The position numbers and the translations under genes were made by a program. Below are positions 54,601-64,000 of a stretch of 64,000 nucleotides of DNA, one piece after another. The first letter of the stretch is position 1; every line of letters begins with the position of its first letter. The stretch spans positions 3,309,172-3,373,171 of the forward strand of contig NW_002060945.1 in NCBI RefSeq assembly GCF_000150275.1. The letters run 5' to 3'. Below the pieces are notes generated by a model. That model made no database searches and had not been told where the DNA came from. It worked only from the letters and a program-made list of their open reading frames with translations. This DNA comes from Trichoplax adhaerens. Taxonomy: Eukaryota; Animalia; Placozoa.

Positions 54601-57600
54601 TCTTGCTTGATCAGATTGCGTTAAATTATCACGTACAAATTTGCCTTTATAACCGTAACTATTATTAGTCATAAAATTATACTTTCTATATGATAATATA
54701 ACCTTAGCAGATTCTATATCGATTCTCAGTTTTCTACTAGAAATGCCCAGCATTTCAGTAAACGCAGCACATGCATAAGCAATTTTATTGTCTTCAAATT
54801 CTTTCATTGCTATTCTGTAAGCCCTTGATGCCGCTTTGGCTAAATGAACTTTTTCCAATTTCAAATTATTGTTGTGAAAAGATGATATAAAAGCTAGAAA
54901 CGCAAACGATGGGCGGCAACTCCGCAAGAAATATGAAAAATCTAGCCTTTCTCGGAAAGCATGTTTCTGTACTAACGGAGGCGATGAAAAATGAGGTATA
55001 TCTCCTAATTGATCGCTTGAGTGCCACACAGAAGCTGCACTTTGAAATGATAATATACGCGCTAAATCGAACGGAGCATTCCCTTGTAATAACTGATACA
55101 TTGTGACATCTTTTGGTTCTTCATGATATGGTATATCTTGTGGATTAAGTACTTTAGATAAGGTAGGATAAGCTACAATACTATCAATTAGTAAGCTTTT
55201 ACTACAAGTATAGCTAGAACTTGTACTGCTTTGAAACGATTCAAGATCAACTAATAGATCATTTATCGCAACAGGTGCATACATGCAAGTTGCTAGGGCC
55301 ATCAAGGGCCGATTACTTTCCAACATGTTCGAAATTGAGGAAGAATTTACGTCTAAGCATAACTCAGCATTAGATAAGCTTGCTGCAAGTAGTAATGATA
55401 AATTATGATTATTTTTGCCAACCTTTCTAAAACTTATTAGAGCATTTAACCAGTTGATAGAAGATTCTTTAACAATTTTTTTAATTTCCAGATCACGAGT
55501 ACCATCAAGATCATAATAATCCAGGTAATGATATAATATATTGGGTAAATTGTTTGCAATACAGTAATTTGCAAAAGATTTATGAAATTCTATCAGTTCT
55601 TTACTCTCTTTATCTTGAAATGGACTTAAAGTACAGAAGAGCCTTCCTACTTTTGTAATACGATAAAGAAGTTGCCTAAAAGCCATTTTATCGCGCTGTC
55701 TATATATTCCAAATGATGCCAACTTATCCATAATAGCATCATAAATCAAGGGAGTACACGCTATGTTATTCCATAATTCTGTCGAAAGTGACCTACCAGC
55801 CAATACATCTATACTTTTGTCAGTATCATTCCTATCTCCAATTGCTATTTCATTTTCAACTTCAAATTGACTATATAATTGCGATATCCATTTTTGTAAT
55901 GTGGATAACATATGATGATCAACATAATACGTCCATTCAGAAGCAATGGATACTGTACGAGCTATATACAAACAAGCAAAAGAAATCGTTTTAGATTAAG
56001 AATAATCAACTGGCGTGCAAGCTAACAGAACGAATGAAATAACTTCTAAGTACCAATATCAGTTTGCAAATTATTTTTTAAGGCACATTCTAATAATATT
56101 TTTTCCTTGTCTTGGTTACTCCATAAAACCATCCATTCTAATGCTGTATTTAGGTAACCGCCAGTCGTGCCATCAAAAATTGGAGTAGAACCATCAAAAT
56201 TCTATAGTACATTAACAATATCCGTGTTAGACAGTAAAGGTAAGCAAGATTGAATTGAATTAATAATATTTCCAGTAAAGCTCTTACATAAACATGAAAA
56301 TATGATTCCTCCTTTAATTCTCCACTATAAGTGGCTATGCGACTATAGATTTCATCATCACTGAAATGTTACAGATACAAGCAAGTAAAAATCCTCATCT
56401 CATTTAAATATGGATAATTAATTCCAATATAGAAATTACTGTAACATTTTTTCAGGGATGATAAAGATTTACTGATTAAATTAGCAAGTTTTTTCCCAAG
56501 TATACTTTCTCAAAATTCGTAGCAAACCTGATGTTGGTAATACCACTAATTGTTTCTTTAGCTTGTTTAAATGATTGAAACGGATAATATTTTTCAACGA
56601 TATGAGCGAATGCGATCAATTGGCCCTCACTCTCTGTTAGCAATCTTCTTTCCGATAACTTTGAAATCTGTAAAATGTATATTTATTGATAAAGTATTAA
56701 TTTCAAGAAGCGTATAGCTAAGATAACACAAATTTAATTCTAGTGAGTAGCATAGAATGCTGCGTTATTTCACGAGCAGACTGTTATCTACTATATGCAG
56801 ACCTACCAAGAAATCACGCAGACTGCGGTCAAGTGTATTCATCATAATATCCTTAAGTTCCCTTCTAGGATTAAACCCCTATGATATGTTTGTTGAATAA
56901 TTACGTGGCGATTTCATAAATTGACTACAGCTGTTATCTTCTTATTACCATATACAACGTACACATACCATATTTGTCAGTACATCCTCAACTTTCTCTA
57001 GATCTTTTAAGAGTAAGAACTCTAGAACGCAAGATCTAACTACGGCTAAGCAGTTTACTAATAGCCCATTTCCCATATTTTGTATTAGAAAAGCTTGAGC
57101 TAAGGGAATATGTCGACTTAAAACAGCGTCTTGCAAGATACCCTATAATATGCATATATCAAAAGTATTTCTGCTAATAAAGATGCTGCACGTTTAAGCA
57201 CTAATTTAATTGTTTAAAATAATTTAAGAATTTAATTGGTAGCCAACATGTATTACCTCTCTATTCATTTTAAGCCATTTTTTCCAAGTTGTACTATCTT
57301 GTTGACCTAACTTGTCGATATTACGTCTGTTACGAATTGCACTGTCTGTGACGTCACTTTTGGTAATAGTTAAGTACGAGCGCAGCGAGACAATACGATC
57401 CGCACATGCAGTAACTGCTGATAACAAATTCCTAATATAAATACAGATAGATTTTAAACTTTTATAACGAAGGGTAAACTAATCCATTAACTAAAGCAAT
57501 ATATTTTAATATAAATTATGCATAATTGTTACACACCTTATTGGCAATTCTTCATCAGTTTTACCAGTCTTGCTGTCACTAAATGCTGTCTCGAAGACCA

Positions 57601-60600
57601 TCATACCGTCACGTATGAGGCCATTTACAAAATCCATGGTTAGTTTTAGTAAATGACGACCAAAGTTCAAGTGATGATCTTGCATACTAGTCTCAATTGC
57701 CTTGATAAGCATATCAACTGCAGTTATAATTTGCTGGTAATCTGTGACACGTTTAGTGTTATGAGATGCAGATGCTGATTCGGTAGAATTAGATAACCAA
57801 TTCTCATCCTTTTGCAAATACGTAAATGCTAGAAATTTGATTTACAATAACACAATATAAGAATTAAAAGTATGCTGAAGCATAGCAGTTATAACGTGAT
57901 ATTTATTATGCTACGTACAGTCTTTCCTATTCTTGAGAAATAGAGTAATAACGTCTAAACGATGATGTTGCAATCCTAATTCTAGCACATAGATTGGAAT
58001 TGAACAATGATCCCAACCATTTAAACGGCTAAGATTCTCTGCCATCACAGGATTGTCATATAGTATCATCTAAATATAACATTTTAGCCCAAAAAAATAT
58101 AAAAATGTTCGAAGGGTTATTCCTAAGTCATAAACAACATTTAGCGCTGTCCTGTATCGCTTTGGTGTCGCAGCAAATGGACAGTAAATGTAGGAAAGGA
58201 AAGCATAATGTTAAGTAAAATTTATAAGCCTCGACTTACACTACTACGCAAGAATGAGATAATAATTTACTTAAATACCTTTATACAATAACAGATAGAT
58301 TAACATCTTACATTATTAATAATTTCTTCTTTGGTGACAGAAAAAGCAGGAACAGCAAGAGCATTACTTAATAATAGGCAGTAGGAATGATCATGGCTAA
58401 AAGTCTTGCTGACGTAGGTCCATTCAGTCAAGCTAAAGTAAATTACATTATAGTAAGTATTTGCCAATGTAGGAAATAATCTGTAAGTTTTCCATGACTG
58501 AAATACGAGTACCTTTGTAAGCGGTGAGATCTTGTTGAGAAATCGTATAAACAAATCGTTCCATAATTGTTTTCTTCATTGGCACCTGCTGACGTTGAAG
58601 GTACCAGCCATAAAAACACAGACATTTGTGAACAGCGAACATAACGAACAACTACATCGTCATCAATCAAATACGTTGCAGGGAAATAACAGCCGGTATT
58701 AGATTCTTGAATACTAGATTCTAGAATTATCAATATTATGCGCACTCAGTAAAACTTGCAACAGTATAATAAAATATATATTAACCATGAATCATTTTGA
58801 CACATGAACTATTATTAAATACTTATAATATAGCTAACGTCAAAATAAAGCAATCTTACCCTTATTTGAGCTATCGGAAAAACATGATTGTGAAGACGTC
58901 GATGATGCTCTACTTCTAGTATCAAAGCCAGAAATGAAGACCTCTGTATTTTTAAAATGTGATGACATAGAAAATTGTTCATAATTCTGAAGCAAAACAT
59001 TGCAATCCCATTCAGCTTCAGTTTGAAAGTTTATTCGCCGAAACCAGGCTTCATCATCAGCAGCTAGCAAGATTTTCCTTGTTCTTTTAGCTCGTTTATT
59101 TACGTGAGGTTTAGATACATCATAATTACGTAGATGTTTCACCCGATCTGAAATTTGTGCTAATTGTGATCTCCATAATACATCACCAGTTACAGACCCT
59201 CGATTTAACGTGTCATCCTCATCAAACGCCAAGTTGTCAGCTGCATCATCATAATTGTTACATGTTATCAAATGATTTGGAAATCGCATAAAATAATCAT
59301 CGAAATTGATCTTGTAGAAATCATTTGTTTCGGTAATCAATACACAGTGAACTAATTCGTAGGCTGTCACATCAAAGGCATTAAACTTTTGTCTGCAAGA
59401 GTCCATATTGATACGACCTATAAAATTAAACGTAAAACAAGTATCTCCGTTAGTAGAGTATGTAACAGTAATGTAAGTTGCATATGATTAATAATTAATA
59501 GACCGCATGTAATACTTAAAGCATAAATTCAAGTTTATAAGTAACTGATGAAATGCTATATTAATGCCTGTAGCGATAGGAGTCTAATAAAATAATGTTT
59601 GCTCGTTACTGCATAAGCCAGAAAAATTCTAGCTGTACGAAAGAGCATATTTATGCTTGCCATAACAACTAGTAGTAAATTACGGTACAGCTTTTAACAA
59701 TAGCAGTGATACGAAATCTGTACGTCCATCTACTTTACTCCAGTTCATCCTTTATGCTACCATATCAAACAGAATCAATTTCACCCGGTAACGATACGGA
59801 TAAACAAAACAAACTTGTCATAGCGCGATATACTGTCCTACCTGAATTAGTAGAGATATATTTTGGAGCATCCACAACGCCTATACATTTACCACTGTGC
59901 TCACTTAAAATGACTGCGATCATATAATTAAGGTTATGTAACATTATTGCATATATGTCTAAAATGGATTACTTATAGTACCTATTTAGTTAATTAAAAT
60001 TTTATTAGCTAAAAGGGCAATTGTTTATAAAACTTTATCAACTCTCTAATAACTTTGCAATTGATTTCATTTTATTTTAATAGGATACATATGCAACCAT
60101 ACTGAAAAAGAAGGAATATTAGGCCTAGTTGTACTTTTCCACTGACGTAACCATAACCGTCATCGTCAGTCAGCTTTTTGCCCAAATTCATAAATGTAGT
60201 TAGATCAACTACATAACAAATTTTTAACTTGTCAGAATCAAACTTGAAGCCAACAATAAAGGTGTTATCAATCATCATAACAATCCTGTCAAGAGTCGAT
60301 GATAATATATTCCATTTAGCAATATTGCTGATATCAGCCTCGTATATTGTAGATAATAACTTGTTTTCTAATAATTCTTCTGGTCGGATTGCAGCAACCA
60401 TATTAGGATGTAAATTATGTTGTTGGTCATATTGTAAGCAATAAACTTGCAGTACGTATTGGTTGTTAAAGACTACTAACGCCCCTTCTGTAGAATTTTC
60501 GCCGAAACTTTCATCTATTACACTGTAATCTCCATCTATTTGGTTGTAGTTTCGTTTTAATATCCATGAGAAGCTGTAATGAGAAAAAAATATTATAACT

Positions 60601-62146
60601 CGATTAAAAAACATGACCTCTGATACCTACGAAAACTAAGATAGCTTTGTGGTTACAGCATTCCTCCGTTGTACGAGCAATTATAATGATCATTAATTAC
60701 TCATAATAGGATCGCTTATCATCCTCTCCATTTACGTATGTAGCTTTTACAGTACAGTATGCTGGACGCAGTACCCTATTGACTAATTGCTTTTACAGGA
60801 AATACAATAATGGAGTTAAATAACAAAGGACTGACGCCATTTTGAAATCTAACTAACTAACAATCTGCAAAGTATTTCTGTATTCTACCATCCATAATCA
60901 GTAGCCTTACACCATAAAATCAATTCGTTGCTCCAGCTTTTAGTTTACTATTTTTGACTGCCTCCATACTGCACCCGGTAGTAGTTTATTAAGGTTTGCC
61001 AATCAAAGATATTAGCCATGAACTGCTCGTTTGAAGGTGATTAGAAAGACTTGCCTAATGTAGTATCATACAAGCTACTTACTTGATAGACCTTATTGTT
61101 ACTATCATCTCATATCATCTTTACATGATCCAGGTACAAATACAGTATTAATGGTGGTTAGTATAAAATCGCAGTAAAGTATTCCTATTTCATTCTACTG
61201 TATTTGTATGCTCCTATTTGTAGAACGTATATCTTCTTAAGACAGCACACGTATATCACAAACACGGACTAGTTAGGTAGGATTTAGCATTTTATGACAC
61301 CTCAATTCTACAGAGTCAATATGAGAAGATTAAGCTGTTTTCTGGGCTATTACAATTTCATACTACTAAACTCGTATGCTCCTAAATGTATTACAGAGTC
61401 AATAATAAGATGAAGCCGTATCCTTGGCTACTACAATTTCATTCTACTTTCGTTGTATGCTCCTACTGTATTTGCAGTATATGCAATTAAATACAGAGTA
61501 CTCATTTATCACCATAGAGATATGGCAATCGATATGGACTACCTGTACTACTAGGTACGATTTAATATTCTACGTATGATATTCATTTTACAGAATCAAT
61601 TATATGACTCTAATCAAGCTATTTCCTGAGCTACCACTATATCATGTATCCTCATTGGTATGATCCTTGTACAAGGATTGACTGTAGTAAGCATCAAATC
61701 ACCATTTTCTAGAATATCGATAGACTGTAATGGGACAACCATAATTGATACAACTGTCAACCTAATGTACTGAATGCTCGCAAATGCATGATTTTGGTCT
61801 ATCTACGTGCTTACAAAAATATGAATCCTATTTTAATGGCAGATCAATATCCAATAGATGAAAAGTCTCAATTAAAATGAGGAATAGCGTAAGATATCAA
61901 AATGCAAGGCAGTCTAATCGGCCATCCTTGCCAGTATAAAGAAGGAAGGAAGTAAATGCTCAATGACACATACCATTGAACGCCTTGGAGTAGGCAACTC
62001 CATTGACCACTACGAATATTGCAAACTTTCAGATGGCCATGGCCAGTTAACAAAGCAATATAAGTAAACGTTGGGCATACACAAGCATCCACAACTTCTT
62101 CAATGGATTGATAATTGGCTAAAGAGCGAAATTTTACAACAAACAT
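48666..62146 (-). CDS. SPG11: Spatacsin, multi-exon
   Basis: LSRLNGWDHCSIPIYVLELGLQHHRLDVITLFLK; PHFSSPPLVQKHAFRERLDFSYFLRSCRPSFAF; ELLIRSHDCYTSACSMDGIAKVL; RLLIGIGRYREMSYIIDILLQSDQFEIL; YSMAALRFSMHREIG. Exact N-terminal start is inferred. Confidence 0.93.
61185..61670. repeat. Degenerate ~80-bp tandem repeat (about 4 partial or complete copies) in SPG11 intron 1
   Basis: Recurring tacagagtcaat...aagc...ggctaytacaatttcat...ctact...gtatgctcct. Confidence 0.7.
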
Positions 62147-62228
62147 GACGGAAAATATGAAGAGGATCCAACTGGCAGCGATGGACTAGCCAGCTAGAAA
62201 TAGTGATAGGGGACAGTAATAGCCTCTA

Positions 62229-62292
62229 ATGACGTCAACAACGTATTGGCGTCTCAACTGTAGTATGGCTTCAACCTTTTATTGTGACGTCA
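62229..62292. promoter_or_regulatory. Two CRE-type TGACGTCA palindromes in the SPG11/TSFM divergent promoter
   Basis: atgacgtcaa near 62229 and gtgacgtcat near 62284, about 80-150 bp upstream of the SPG11 ATG. Confidence 0.45.
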
Positions 62293-62952
62293 TCCGTCTA
62301 AAATCGACGTGTTGATAGTGTTGAATTCATGACTGTGAAAGCCATACTAACGCTATGTAGACTCTGTGTGTGGACATAGTGGGACAAGTTGTCAGTCACA
62401 CCGAGCCAATATTGACATCAGCAACGCGTCGATAGTGCACTGTTTAATTTATGACTCTTCAACGCATAATAATACTATTAGAGACGGTGTTGATAGGCAA
62501 TCCCAAAGGGATAAATCGATACGGGGTTAGGCTAGCCAGCCAGTCAGAGGAGTGAACATTTACATCAATATCACCATTGGCCAAGACAGTATTTAGTTCA
62601 AGATTGTCAATTCTATAATAGTATAATTTCACTTTGTAGCATAGACACCTATACTAGTAATAGACAGGTATGGAATTGCAGTAAGAAGTAAGAAAATAAA
62701 CGCTAAACAACAGTGGCTGAGGAAAATCTCATGATGCAAACTACCTGGTACCAGTACCCTTGCGGACCACAAACAGACAGACAGACGCCGCATGAGGACA
62801 TTCATAACTCATAAACGTGCCACTCCGGCTGACCGGCTGCTCATTGTGCAGCTGTAAATTGCAAGAGCTCCCCCACTCGTCGCTGGAGTTTGCAAATACG
62901 GAGCTAGTGTTATTGCTGTTAGACGTAGACCATCTCAGAACGAAAGAAAAAG

Positions 62953-64000
62953 ATGACTAGTAATTTATCAAGTATACTGCTACGACATGGAAGCAAAGGT
63001 AACTACTCTTATTTTCCATATGTAGCCACAACTTTCTTCGTTATCTTGTAAAGAACGGCCAATATCATGATCGATACATCTGGGACCCATGGCAATGATG
63101 GCATAGCAAGCGGAAAGAACAGTTTGTGCAGCAATGCAGCTCATATATTGCTAGTTAGGAGATTAAATCAAACTAACTACAGTGCTTCGACCTTTTAATC
63201 AATGATTTACTATAAATCCACTCTAAGACGATACTGTACAGTCAATTTCTTAATTAATATTGAAAACTGTACAACGACCTATGTGTAGTAATCATAGTTC
63301 ATTTGCTTCCTATTGGACGTATATGTCGACATCCTGGATTACAATTCATCATTACTGTATCATGCTTGTTAAGATAGATCACAAAAGTATTGATTAGCAT
63401 GCTTATATTGTCTTGTTTCAAACAACAAACGATCAAGTAGTAATCATACTATAGCAGTATCATATAGTGTAGTCTTTTACAGAGATATTGCAATTCTTGA
63501 ATTATAATGACACTGTAAAGAATCACTGCATCTTTTGCAAGATCATGAACGATCGCCTCTCAAGGACTGTAATCGAATCCCCGATCCAACCATTTCATTT
63601 ATAGAACTCATTAATACAGTAGAATGACTTTTGCTCGTCAAAAAATACTCATAAGGATTGATGTTATTCTCCTTTTTTATACTGTCATAAGGATTGATGC
63701 TGCGATCTACTAGCACTATCAGGTATTTATCAAGTTCGGTGAAAGTATCCAAGGATTTGCTATTGAAATTGCGTAAACGAACTGGCTTTGCAATTAGTAA
63801 ATGTCATGCAGCACTTGCGCAACATAATAACAATCTTGACGAAGCTGAAAACTGGTTATCTGCTCAAGCCGAGAAAGAGGGATGGGCTAAAGCTAATAAA
63901 TTGCAAAATCGTAAAACTGCAGAAGGTTTAATAGGAATATATTATAAGGAACCATATGCAGCAATGGTCGAGGTATTAATTTATAACCATAATCGCGTTA
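62953..64000 (+). CDS. TSFM: Mitochondrial elongation factor Ts, 5' part (exons 62953-62998 and 63692-63972; continues beyond window)
   Basis: MTSNLSSILLRHGSKG|LMLRSTSTIRYLSS (presequence-like) followed by KDLLLKLRKRTGFAISKCHAAL...LDEAENWL...EGWAKANKLQNRKTAEGLIG...AAMVE, the UBA-like EF-Ts N-terminus. Exon 1 is inferred from phase compatibility. Confidence 0.92.

Overview
AT-rich eukaryotic genomic DNA with dense genes and mostly short (about 70-150 nt) GT-AG introns. It is animal-like and most resembles a compact early-branching metazoan genome such as a placozoan (inference from style, not proven). By splicing exons manually I reconstructed 11 conserved genes: MCEE(-), PDCD7(+), RPS17(+), YTHDC2(-), VPS45(+), TMBIM6/BI-1(-), a BTB-BACK-Kelch gene(+), DDX49(-), EIF3J(+), SPG11(-) and the 5' part of TSFM(+). 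Ten of them form five head-to-head pairs. The main non-coding feature is a ~1.75 kb array of about 20 x 88-bp palindrome-containing monomers with a 4-monomer (351-bp) higher-order repeat, between BI-1 and the Kelch gene. Several promoter regions also carry tandemly duplicated hairpin units and TACAGTA/TACTGTA-rich palindromes. Other points of interest are an altered m6A pocket in the YTHDC2 YTH domain, tail-to-tail EIF3J-SPG11 adjacency as in human, and GC-AG introns. No rRNA, tRNA, CRISPR-cas or transposase was recognised. Most short ORFs in the supplied track are exon fragments or spurious.
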